A DNA stretch of 62,919 nt, the filler included, from Vannella sp. (Eukaryota): the NCBI GenBank assembly GCA_023345925.1. It is 8 parts of 8 records of this genome, joined end to end, with 100 filler letters (N's around TTAATTAATTAA, not from the genome) between each part and the next. Parts side by side here need not be neighbours in the genome. Positions count along the whole stretch, not along the records: positions 17,421 to 26,713 come from JAJQQN010000174.1; positions 26,814 to 31,587 come from JAJQQN010000914.1; positions 31,688 to 37,543 come from JAJQQN010000609.1; 5 more parts are not named here. One strand, given 5' to 3'. Positions within the stretch are counted from its first letter, which is position 1. Each line of letters starts with the position of its first letter. Under the pieces are notes generated by a model. It was not told the origin of the DNA and did no database searches. It saw nothing but the letters and a program-made list of their open reading frames with translations. Shown here one piece after another: positions 23,922 to 33,641 of this stretch. The position numbers were made by a program, and so were the translations under genes.

Positions 23922-25481
23922 TTACAGAAAAGTTGATTCTCGCTTGTCTCTCAGCTTTTGGAGTATCCGATGCCGGAATTGATCTACAGGATGTTCACTG
24001 ACATTTTTGAGCCAATGAATTGCTTTGCTAGAGTAGAAAAGGGACCGAAGCTGTGGCATGTCCTTGAAGTGACCCTTCTCGATAACATACTTTCCAGAAG
24101 ATGCTTCAAATCGCATCCAGCCAGCCTCAACAGCAAACGATAGAGCGAAAGAGAAGCGCTGGTGAATATCCTCCTGGAAAATATACTGGTAGCGCACCGG
24201 GTCAATGATTCCAAAGCTTAAAGAAAGTAACAGATACTTGGCTGCTCGTTCCTCAATAGGCAGAGTATAACAGTCTCCCAATGGAAGATATCTGGCAGCT
24301 CGAGTCCAATCATCGCCTCCTTCCTTATGAGTAGTAACGAGATCCATCCACTGGTCAACGCCATGAGGGGCAAACCACCACTTGTCACCAAAAGTAGAAG
24401 TGGCATAGTTTCCAATGCCAAAGAATTGGAGTCCGTCAAGGAGGCGTCCTTCAAAATAGGCGCTTGTTCCAGTTTCTCCCTTGTGTTTCGTAAAATTCAC
24501 ACTTCCATACTGTGCGTTGAACCCGTGGGATGTTAAAATCTCAAATGCATAATCATAGAATTGTCCGTATGTCTCTGAAGAGGGTCTGACAACACTTTTT
24601 GTCATAGACCGCCCTTTTCCACGGTAAAGACAATCATAAGTGGTCACAGTATCAATGCCAAGGTCCACTATCCTCTGCAAATCACTTTGCCAGAGCTCCA
24701 TTATCTGGCCTGGAAGGCCGAAGATGATATCCACGCTGAAGCGGTCAAATCCTACTCGCTGGATGTTTTCGACTGCCCTAACAGAGAGACTTGCCTCCTT
24801 TCCTCGGTTCAAGCTACCCAGAAGACCATCGTTGGTGGACTGGAGTCCCATTGAAATCCGATCGACCCCTCCTTCTTTGAGAGCATAGAGGCGTTCTAGA
24901 TGAGAGGAAGCAATGGCAGGCGTTGTCTCAATAGAAAGAGGCCGAGGCCGAGTACAAGAGTCCCGAAGAGGACGAAGTGCGTTAAGAAATCTGGTCAATG
25001 TAGCTGCCTCCAATAGAGTGGGAGTTCCACCGCCTATATCAATGCCTGGTATACTGATTTGGTCTGGATTGGAGCGGAGCAGAAACTCTCGGAAGTGACC
25101 GGCTCCAGCTATTAGATGGTCCACGTACTCCTCATGAAGGTACCTGTTGTTTCTGATGTCTACAGCAAAGTTGCAGTAGGAGCACTTGTGCTCACAGAAG
25201 GGAACGTGGAAGTAAAGCATGATCTGCTTGTGATAGTCCGATGTCAAGTGCGTTAGGGGATCAGAGACCACCTGATGCGCAAAAGAGGGACCATTTGAAG
25301 TAGAGAAGAACTCTTTGAAGAACTCTCTGCGAGGAGGATACTGCAGAGTAAAGTCACCCGGAAACTCTTGAGCAAGGCGAGTGGCAGCCTCCAACATCGA
25401 AGCGGCGCTACTCTCTCTCCGCAAAGTCGAAAGCAACGGCAATGCACCTCGAGATGAACGTAACAAGCGAACCAAAGCCAT
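23922..25481 (-). CDS. HemN/HemW-superfamily radical SAM protein with mitochondrial-type presequence, intronless
   Basis: LYFHVPFCEHKCSYCNF (CxxxCxxC), GGGTPT, RISMGLQS, DIIFGLPGQ. Confidence 0.88.
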   Translation of the reverse strand: MALVRLLRSSRGALPLLSTLRRESSAASMLEAATRLAQEFPGDFTLQYPPRREFFKEFFSTSNGPSFAHQVVSDPLTHLTSDYHKQIMLYFHVPFCEHKCSYCNFAVDIRNNRYLHEEYVDHLIAGAGHFREFLLRSNPDQISIPGIDIGGGTPTLLEAATLTRFLNALRPLRDSCTRPRPLSIETTPAIASSHLERLYALKEGGVDRISMGLQSTNDGLLGSLNRGKEASLSVRAVENIQRVGFDRFSVDIIFGLPGQIMELWQSDLQRIVDLGIDTVTTYDCLYRGKGRSMTKSVVRPSSETYGQFYDYAFEILTSHGFNAQYGSVNFTKHKGETGTSAYFEGRLLDGLQFFGIGNYATSTFGDKWWFAPHGVDQWMDLVTTHKEGGDDWTRAARYLPLGDCYTLPIEERAAKYLLLSLSFGIIDPVRYQYIFQEDIHQRFSFALSFAVEAGWMRFEASSGKYVIEKGHFKDMPQLRSLFYSSKAIHWLKNVSEHPVDQFRHRILQKLRDKRESTFL

Positions 25482-25865
25482 TCGCTGGGTCTGAAACAAT
25501 GAGAGACAACACTTTCGTGTCCTTTTCTCAGCTTTGCAGTTCAGCAAAAAAATGAGCCTTTAAAGGTCACAGTGGCCCGTTGCCAGCGGCTCTTTATATA
25601 TAAAATCAATGCAATTGATATACTATTAATGTTGCCAGTGTGGCTCTTCTTCGTGTCAATTTTATCCCAAAGTTTCGAGTTCGTTTCATTTTTGAAGTGG
25701 ATGAAGGTGAGGACATGCTGTTGTACCGATGATTAAACAACTCGTATGATACATCAAAGTCACTTGATTAGAGTTAAAGTCAAGCGCTGAGGTACCTTTC
25801 TTTGTTTGAACACAACTAATCATCATGCAGGGCCTGTCAAGAGACGAATAAACCCAACTTCTTGT

Positions 25866-26462
25866 TTATAAGAGTGTGCTTGTTTCCATGTCTCCCTTCT
25901 CCCACATTGCAATGCGTTTCAGAACGTACTCGTCGCATTTGATGCTGGGGTTGGAGGATCGAATGAACCACAGGAGCTGGCTCAACCCCACTGTGTGCCC
26001 TGAGATCCAAAAGCTCTTCTCTCCTTCCAGGATGACCGAGTGGGTGATGTCTATCCTCATGGAGCGAAAGTAAGAGAGGGGAATGGTGGTACGAAGTAGA
26101 AAGATGGTCCGAGGAAGGAGGATCTCGTTGCTGTTGACACGAAGAGCCGAGATGAAGTTATGCGGAAGATACGAGAGCATCAATGCCGACAGGGGAGTAG
26201 CCAGGATCAAAAGGAGGACACCAGTAGTGATCTGTAGCCACTCTTTGTTATCCTTCTCCTCTTCTGCCGTCGCCAAACAAGCGATTCCAACAACAAAACA
26301 ACCAACCATGACGAACGCGAACAGCAGCTCCGCCGCACACCCCATCAAGAACCGCTGGCGAGATTGCGTAAACACAGAAGCTTCAATCACATCCTCATCC
26401 TTCGAGTAGTAAAGCGTCTCGTCCGTCCCCTTCAGAGGAAGAAGAAAGTCCGCCATCGCCAT
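25866..26462 (-). CDS. Hypothetical protein with two predicted transmembrane helices
   Basis: ORF with hydrophobic segments LLFAFVMVGCFVVGIACL and ITTGVLLLILATPLSALML; likely start MAMADF. Confidence 0.6.
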   Translation of the reverse strand: MAMADFLLPLKGTDETLYYSKDEDVIEASVFTQSRQRFLMGCAAELLFAFVMVGCFVVGIACLATAEEEKDNKEWLQITTGVLLLILATPLSALMLSYLPHNFISALRVNSNEILLPRTIFLLRTTIPLSYFRSMRIDITHSVILEGEKSFWISGHTVGLSQLLWFIRSSNPSIKCDEYVLKRIAMWEKGDMETSTLL

Positions 26463-26713
26463 CCTTCCAATTAAAACATGCCCTACTAAATGATCTGTGG
26501 GTATTGTTCTTTTCTTCTTCCTCCTTCTGACAAGCCAGTCACGGTTTAGGACACGAGTAGAAGCAAGGGCGCATGTTGGATGGTTGAGCTGAAGGACATG
26601 AACACGGTAGGTAACCCACCCAGGAAGCGATTGAGCCTTCTCTAACGGCCATGCGCAGGAAAAAGAAGAGAGAGAACCTCTTAGCCGTTTCGGAGACCTT
26701 GACAGCAAAGAAG

Positions 26714-26813
26714 NNNNNNNNNNNNNNNNNNNNNNNNNNNNNNNNNNNNNNNNNNNNTTAATTAATTAANNNNNNNNNNNNNNNNNNNNNNNNNNNNNNN
26801 NNNNNNNNNNNNN
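26714..26813. other. Artificial contig-join spacer
   Basis: N44-TTAATTAATTAA-N44. Confidence 0.99.
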
Positions 26814-27127
26814 GCTCTAGTCATAATCTCGGCCACTTCCTCCTTCCCCGCTCGGTTCAGTAGCGACATTCGTCGTTTCGGCTTCGTTGGGGCTCCTTCG
26901 ACCATCTCCTTCCTTCGGCTAACAGTTAATAGTCCTCCCATATTTATTGGCCATTTTCCCCGTTTCATCTTTTTTAATGGTTTGATTCGCACTTTTCATC
27001 GTCTTGCTGATTCTAGAAGAACGAAAATCTTGTGAGGTCCTCCATCATGGCGTCATCGCACCAACCAAGGTTGGGTTGTTGAGTCATAAGGATGGAAGGA
27101 TGGCTGATGCAGCAGTGGCTCTTCAGG

Positions 27128-27224
27128 TAACAAAACCTTCAACAAGCACTCCCAACGCAAGAGGTCAACGTACGAAAATATATATAACAAAACCTTCAAC
27201 AAGCACTCCCAACGCAAGAGGTCA
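27128..27224. repeat. Two identical 40-bp direct repeats (57-bp period)
   Basis: TAACAAAACCTTCAACAAGCACTCCCAACGCAAGAGGTCA at 27128-27167 and 27185-27224. Confidence 0.95.
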
Positions 27225-27350
27225 TCGAATATTCGAACAATAATGTCCATCTCCATTTTTTTCCTTAGCGCCCCTGCGTGATCTCTGACATGGTGGGTTT
27301 CCTCTGACTGAGCTGATGTGTACACTGACGAAAAGCTTCTCTATCAGGGA

Positions 27351-27497
27351 GTAAGTGAATGAGCCATCGCCCCTTTGATGATGATGATGGGATCCTCACC
27401 AAAAGGGCGTCTTTCAGCAAGTTCCGCCAGTAAGTGAATGAGCCATCTCCCCTTTGATGATGACGGGATCGATGCTCACCAAAAGGGCGTCTTTCAG
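27351..27497 (+). repeat. Two near-identical intron-like units flanking a 12-nt micro-exon
   Basis: GTAAGTGAATGAGCCATC.CCCCTTTGATGATGA...CTCACCAAAAGGGCGTCTTTCAG at 27351-27417 and 27430-27497. Confidence 0.85.
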
Positions 27498-28499
27498 AGC
27501 CATAGGCCCTTTGATGTGAGTACCCTTCAGGAAGTGGATTTACCAACTTGCAGCTCCCTGAAAATTCAAACGGCGCTTGGGCTACCAACAAGGATCGCAA
27601 ACGCTATTTCTGAATCGTTGAAAGGATGGAGTTCCGGGACTCTAGAAGGCTTGAACCTCCAAATCCTGTTCGAAGATGGGCGACTTTGTTGCTCCTTCTC
27701 CGAGAAACCATTTTGGAGATCCCTTCTACCCTGCCTTGAATCTCTGGAACAAAAACAGGCCCTGAGTGTCGCTGCAATCGCCACAGAAGAGAGAGCGATT
27801 AAGAAGGCTACGCAAGCGGCCCAAGACTGTCAGGGACAAATCCAGGTGCTCCAAAAACAAGTTGGGCACTATCAGGAGGCAGAGCGGCTTCACTTGGAAA
27901 CGAAGAAAGCTTTGCAGTCAGAGTTAGAATCCGAGGAGCTGGATTTAAAAAAGCTGAGGGACTTCATCCAATTGGCAGCTCAGGCGGAACAAAATCTCGT
28001 CAAAGAGCTCGAAGACCAGTTACGAAAGGACAAACTGAACTTATCAGCTCTCAATGAGATTGGTGGTGTCAAACTAAGCCTCCTGTTAAACTGCTTCGGA
28101 GCTGATTCGGCGACCATCAGAACGCTGGCAAATTTCGGCAGCATGGAGTTGGCAATGTCCAATGCCGGGCAACTGGGAGATCTCACACGCAACCTGCCAA
28201 AGGAGCAGCAAATGGTGGTCTCCTACACCCAAGAGAGGATTCTCTCTGGCACTTTACCCTTTGGGGTGCATGATTGTGCGTTGTGCGACTGCACAACGGA
28301 AGAAGAGATTGCCGCCTTTTTCCAAGAGCGTGGACTTCGGGAGGTTTCTGCAGATCTTGTCAGAAGGAGCGGGATTCGCGGGCGTGGAGCTTTGCTTTTT
28401 ATCACACCTGAAGATCTTTCCTTCAGGATGGGAAGTGCTCAGCACAAGGCATTCAACAGAGCCACACTCGAGGCCCGTCAGGAACACCTCAGAAGATAA
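27438..28499 (+). CDS. Coiled-coil + SAM-like/H-CxxC...H module protein; true 5' end probably in micro-exons from about 27047-27500
   Basis: Long ORF with heptad-rich region and C-terminal module homologous to 3..407. Confidence 0.8.
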   Translation: MSHLPFDDDGIDAHQKGVFQSHRPFDVSTLQEVDLPTCSSLKIQTALGLPTRIANAISESLKGWSSGTLEGLNLQILFEDGRLCCSFSEKPFWRSLLPCLESLEQKQALSVAAIATEERAIKKATQAAQDCQGQIQVLQKQVGHYQEAERLHLETKKALQSELESEELDLKKLRDFIQLAAQAEQNLVKELEDQLRKDKLNLSALNEIGGVKLSLLLNCFGADSATIRTLANFGSMELAMSNAGQLGDLTRNLPKEQQMVVSYTQERILSGTLPFGVHDCALCDCTTEEEIAAFFQERGLREVSADLVRRSGIRGRGALLFITPEDLSFRMGSAQHKAFNRATLEARQEHLRR

Positions 28500-28626
28500 C
28501 TTTACTTTCCTCCTCTTTCTACTGAACTGACTGACAACTCAATACAACTACTTGACTTCTCATGGCAGCTCCTTTCTCGTTGCAGAGCCAATGCTTGATC
28601 CAGTTGACAGAACCTCTTTATTGGTA

Positions 28627-31560
28627 TTAGCGGCCAGTCACAGTAAGGAGCTCAACGTTGCGTTCCATTGCAAAAGCGCGCGTGTTCGGAGCGATGTAGC
28701 TGGAAAGAGCGAGGAGCCTCGGGGAGGCTTCGCAACCGCTGTACTCTTCATAAAAGGTGCGGACCCGAAGGAAAACAGCCAGTTCAGCCTTATCAAAAAC
28801 CTTTCGCTGTTGAACCAGCCAGGTCTCTCCCTCCGTGGTAGTCAGCGTGCCAATTCGGATCTGTTCGGGCCATCCATAGACGATTCCCTCCTGGTCCTCC
28901 AACACCCAGTCTTCAAGGCTATCTAGATCGGCTCCAAACTTCTCGTTGAGTTGCTCTTCTCCCACTTCCTCGGTAAAGGCGCCTCCAAAGCGCTCGTGGA
29001 CTGCTTGAACCTCCTGGCGCATTTGCTGCTTGTAAGATTCCACTTCGTCCGTGAAGCTTTGGAGTTCTGCTGTGGCCACTTCTGAGATAAGTGCCTTCTT
29101 CAAGGCCTTCAACAGCTCGTTCTTGACACTGCCCTCTTCCATCATCTCCGCTCGAATAGCCGCCTGCACCCGATCTAAACCTAAAACAACGCTTCAGCCT
29201 CAAGAAGAGAGAAATGGAAGAGAAAGACCTACTCATGGCAGCAATCTGCTCAGAAAGCGGGATTTGGTCGGAAAAGCCGTCGCGGTCGGCGCACTTTCCG
29301 ACAACCTTGTGGAAATAGAATTGAAGGAAGGATTCAGGGATGAAGTTGTAAGACGCATTGCGGCAAGTGAAGTACTCCTTGATGGTTTCCCAAAGCTTTC
29401 GTGGCCTCTGCATGTTCATCAATTCTGTTCCCTCCACGAAGGTTGGCTCGGAAGACTCAATTTGAGCAATCTCTGCCAAATAACCTTCCAAAGGGAATAC
29501 ACTTGGCTCCTCAGCACATTGATGCATCAGGTTCTCGCGGAAAGAACGAGCTAGGGGAAGGTGCTTGGCAGCAGCTTTTACAGACTCAAAGCGGCTCATA
29601 AGGGAGGAATCGATGCCTTCCCATGTTTGAGTGAGAGACGTGACTTCTGGAGAGTTAAGTCCCTGCAAGAGGCCAGATAATCCATGGAAGTTGTGCATGC
29701 TATGGCAGAAAACAGCAATGGAGACCATTTGTGTGAGCATCTTTCGTCGATTAGATGCCTCACAAGTGATGATTTGTTCGACCGTCCAGTTCTTTAAAGC
29801 ACTTACAGAGCGGTGGAAAGCCACCAGATTCCGTGCTTGCTTCTGATCTGTTTCCCAAAGGCGATTGAGAAGCTCCAGTTGTCGGATTTCGTTGAGAAGC
29901 TTGCAGTGGAAGAGACACATCTGTCTGGCAACCTCTTCTGGATGGAAATCTAAGAGCTCCAAGTTTCTCAAGTCCGCACCGGCATTGACTGGATGCTGAG
30001 TCGGAGGTGGCCCTGATGCTGCAATTGTCCCACGCCGAGTCTCAATCTTGCCGGTAGTCTTTTGCTTGAGTGTCTGAGAGATGCGCTTGAGTGAAGCTGC
30101 GTGCATTGAGCTGGAGTGGTTATTGACGAAGCTAAAGAACTCTGTGGCGAGCTCCTTCTCGGTCAAAAAGTCGTAAGGATAGTTCTCGACCCAGTTCTTG
30201 AGAACATTTAGGACTCGCAACTGAACAGGAAGTTGCTGCTCCTTCTTGAAGCGCTCCATCTGCTCTGGGTCTCGTGGTAGGGGCATGACAAAGCGAGCAG
30301 AGAGTAATTTGAGGAGCTGTGTGCCCGTGCAGAAGCTTCTGTAACTCAACAAGAAGGCATCCACGAGGTCTGCATCAGGAGACGTCTTGAACGTGATACG
30401 CTCGACAACCTTTTCCAGAGTTCCTGCGATAACTTTCTGGGGACCATTGGGATCATTGGGATTCGTTTGCAGCTTGATGTTCTTGGGAGAGTCCTTCTCA
30501 CTGAAAGGATAACCAGGAACGTCTTGCATCTCACCATAGTCATCTGCAGACACCTTCTTCACCGGGGCTGGAGCAGGAGCTGCCTTGCCCGCACCGCCGC
30601 GAGGGAGAATTTGCAAAGAGATCTGATAACACTGCTCCTTGTCAATGAGCTTCTCCTCGAGTGTGTTAAAGAAGTTCTGGATGGGAGGCACGTCCTTCAA
30701 GATATAAGGAGACTGTTGGTATTGTTGGATCTCGGAGATCACATTGGACACGAAAACTCTCTTTGAGAAGTTGTGAAGTTCGCCCACTTTGTCCTGGTTG
30801 CCATCTTCGATGAAGGTCAAGTCTGTCAGATACATGCCAAGATAAGGAATGCAGGCGCCGTTGCACGTCTTCAAATAGGCTCGGAAGTCTTTGTAGTTCT
30901 GTTGGGAGGAGACAATCATCTTCAGATCCGTGTAGGAGTTCATTATCTTGGCAGGAAGCTCGGCCCAATGCTCTTTCAGACGATGAATGGAGCTGTCTCC
31001 GAGACCAGAGATGATTTCCATGCAAGCGTTGAAGTTGTTCAGTCCTTTGCATCGTTCTGCAATCTCAATAAAGTGCCCCAAAACCCTGACACGCTGCTTT
31101 TGGTTCTCCTGCTTAAGGATCTCCGACACAACCCAGTTACTGACCACATTGAAGCGGTTAATCATCTTCAGAATGTTAGGGGACCTCTCGCTGGCGTTCT
31201 TTTTGCTCCAAGCGAGACCCAGACACTCTTCTGGACGAATAGAACGGTACAACTTGGACTCAATTAAGGTCATCTGACGGGCAATCTCCATCGGATGAAT
31301 ATCCAAGAACGTGGGGCGCAGCTGCTTGGGCAGAATAGGCTCAGGCGGGGGCTCCGTAAACTGAATAGTCAGTGACTTCTCATACTCCCCACTGAGTTGC
31401 CGTTGCACAATGCTCTCTAAAGTGGCCCCAGGAGGGCACACAGGCTTGATGATGTTCACACAAAAGTCCATAAGCTTCTGCTGCAGCGGCGTGTTGTTCT
31501 CAAAGTCCGAAAAGTACTTTGTTATCCACGTTTTCATCACTTGGCACACTCTGTTTCATT
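28627..31560 (-). CDS. RasGEF with two REM-CDC25 modules and a C-terminal DUF3782-like PD-(D/E)XK-fold domain; intron 29181-29232; 5'-truncated
   Basis: EIARQMTLIE, LNNFNACMEI, CIPYLGMYLTDLTFIEDGN, second REM (FLLSYRSF, LRVLNVLKNW), second CDC25 (EEVARQMCL, MHNFHGL); last exon splices in frame. Confidence 0.92.
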
Positions 31561-31587
31561 CTGTGAGTGACTTACTCACTCCCTTCC

Positions 31588-31687
31588 NNNNNNNNNNNNN
31601 NNNNNNNNNNNNNNNNNNNNNNNNNNNNNNNTTAATTAATTAANNNNNNNNNNNNNNNNNNNNNNNNNNNNNNNNNNNNNNNNNNNN
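31588..31687. other. Artificial contig-join spacer
   Basis: N44-TTAATTAATTAA-N44. Confidence 0.99.
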
Positions 31688-31734
31688 CTGGAAGGACCAA
31701 TAGGCGCTTGGACGAAACTCATCGAGGGCTGAAG

Positions 31735-32551
31735 AGTCTTATCAGGCAATCAAATTGGTGGAACTCTCCCAGAATGGCCCAATTTCGATAAGATGTACGA
31801 AATGTAAGTCAGCACTGAGAAGTTGGCCAGAGGGAATCATTTTGGAATGAGCTACTGGACTCCACTCACCGAGGGCTGAAGAGACCTGTCAGGCAATCAA
31901 ATTGGTGGAACTCTTCCAGAATGGCCCAATTTTTCAACTCTGGTCAAGATGTAAGCGCAAATAGTCCTCCACACTGCCTGGATACAACTCATCGAGGGCT
32001 GAAGTGACTTGTCAGGCAATCAAATTCACGGAACTCTCCCAGAATGGAGCAATTTTAGTCATTTACAGCACGTGTGAGTTCTACCCTTCAATTAAGTATC
32101 GAGAGTTGATGCTCAGAGAGGGATTAAAGGGGTTTGAAGGATAATCAGATCACTGGTGCAATACCACAGTTTTGGATGTGGAATCTGGAGATTGAGGAAC
32201 CTCTTCCTTACATTGTTGTTGTGGAGCTGGAAAACAATCAACTGTGCGGAGTTCTACCTCAGAGGAATAGCTGCAATGCCATTTTCTATATCGGAAATCA
32301 GCTATTCGATTGCTATGTACTCCCTGACTGTTATAGGGATTGTAAGTGCAGTCCTTTTGGTGGTTCATGCTACTCCAATGCTATCTTCTTGATGAGAGCG
32401 AGCGTGTTGCTGATTTTCTTTTTTTTTCTTCGGAATGTGCCTTCCTACTGCGGCTCTTATCTTTGCAAGGAGGAAAATGGCTAGATCGGAAACCGAACAG
32501 ATCACTCTCTATGAGAAGCTCCATTTACCAATATTTGGTGCTTCTGAGTGA
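31735..32551 (+). CDS. 3' part of an LRR receptor-like membrane protein made of 69-nt single-LRR exons; apparent +1 frameshift in a T9 run before the TM/tail
   Basis: Exons 31735-31803, 31882-31950 and 32005-32073 each encode xLSGNQIxGTLPEWxNFxxLxxI; Cys-rich cap; hydrophobic segment followed by RRK in the shifted frame. Confidence 0.8.
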
Positions 32552-32798
32552 GGTCATGAATGCCAGCCAACCGACACCTCCCCACTAGAATCTAAACCAC
32601 GTACCCTGGCTTCAGTTGGGCACTGGATCCTCTCCATATCGCTAGCATTGTGTATTGTTGCATCTAATTGGAGCTCTGAATGGGTCGCAGGCATCGGCGA
32701 ATGTCTGAAGTCTGATGGTTTGGCTCTGGTTCTCTCCTGGCTTGTCATGTCCACAAGAAGAGGTGGCTCTATCTGCTTTGATTCGAAAGGATCGTTTA

Positions 32799-33566
32799 TC
32801 AGTTGACAGACTTGCGTTTGATCGGCTTCTTCTGCGTGAGAGCCTTTGGGGCTTCCGATTGTCTCCGCGGTTTGCTTGGCGGTTTTGGGAGTGGCTTGGG
32901 AGTGGCTGGGGCCTTCTTCTTGGGAGCCTTGACTGCAACTTCGATCACAGCGGTCTCTTTGGTCGCTGATGAGGTCCTGGACTTCTTCTTGGGAGGTTGA
33001 ACGTCGTCCTCCTTGATCTGCTCCTTCTCCTGAGGCATCGGGAGCCCCAGATCGCTGATCAGCTTCATTAGTGTTGAACAGAAAGCCTTCTCGGCGATAT
33101 CGCGAACGGTAGGGTGGAGCGGCTTCACTTCACAGTCCTCCGGGGCCACTCCAATCGCCACTTGGAGGTTGGAGTCCTCCAACGAGACCACATGCGCACC
33201 AAGTCGTTCTAGTTGTTCCTTAGTGGCCGAGGCATGCTTGCCTTTGAGAGTGGAACCAAGTGCAAAGAAGCGGCCCTGGAAGGTGAGGCGCACAGCCTCT
33301 GGGAAGGGCTTTTGCAGGGCTTGAAGAAGCTCTGGAAGCTGGATACTCTCCTCTGTCGAAGCATTGAGCCGTGGGGCCACTGAACGCTTCCCCAACTTGA
33401 CAGGCAAGTTTGCACTCTCTCGGAGGATCTCCCGCTCCCCCTTGATGTGTCTGTATTGGATCAAGTGCTCTTGTGAAGTGTTGCAACATCCCAAGCCATC
33501 AACACACAGGGGCTTCGCCACCTTCTTCACCTTTTGCCGCTTCCTCGTGATCACCGCCTCGGTCAT
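32799..33566 (-). CDS. PBZ-type zinc finger + BRCT-like domain + Lys/Pro-rich tail (putative DNA-damage/PAR-binding protein)
   Basis: CVDGLGCCNTSQEHLIQYRH resembles PBZ; FQGRFFAL..KEQLERLGAHVV resembles the BRCT start. Confidence 0.6.
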   Translation of the reverse strand: MTEAVITRKRQKVKKVAKPLCVDGLGCCNTSQEHLIQYRHIKGEREILRESANLPVKLGKRSVAPRLNASTEESIQLPELLQALQKPFPEAVRLTFQGRFFALGSTLKGKHASATKEQLERLGAHVVSLEDSNLQVAIGVAPEDCEVKPLHPTVRDIAEKAFCSTLMKLISDLGLPMPQEKEQIKEDDVQPPKKKSRTSSATKETAVIEVAVKAPKKKAPATPKPLPKPPSKPRRQSEAPKALTQKKPIKRKSVN

Positions 33567-33641
33567 GACCAAAAATGACTTGAAATGGCTTCTTTGTTAC
33601 GATTGACACTCTCATCATGAGCCCAAGAACGTCCAGAGCGT

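Noticed and set aside
27128..27224. CRISPR-like repeat-spacer
   Set aside because: Only two repeats, a 17-nt spacer, no cas genes, eukaryotic context
31715..32073. Regularly spaced ~65-bp repeats resembling an array
   Set aside because: Explained by duplicated intron-end + LRR exon cassettes
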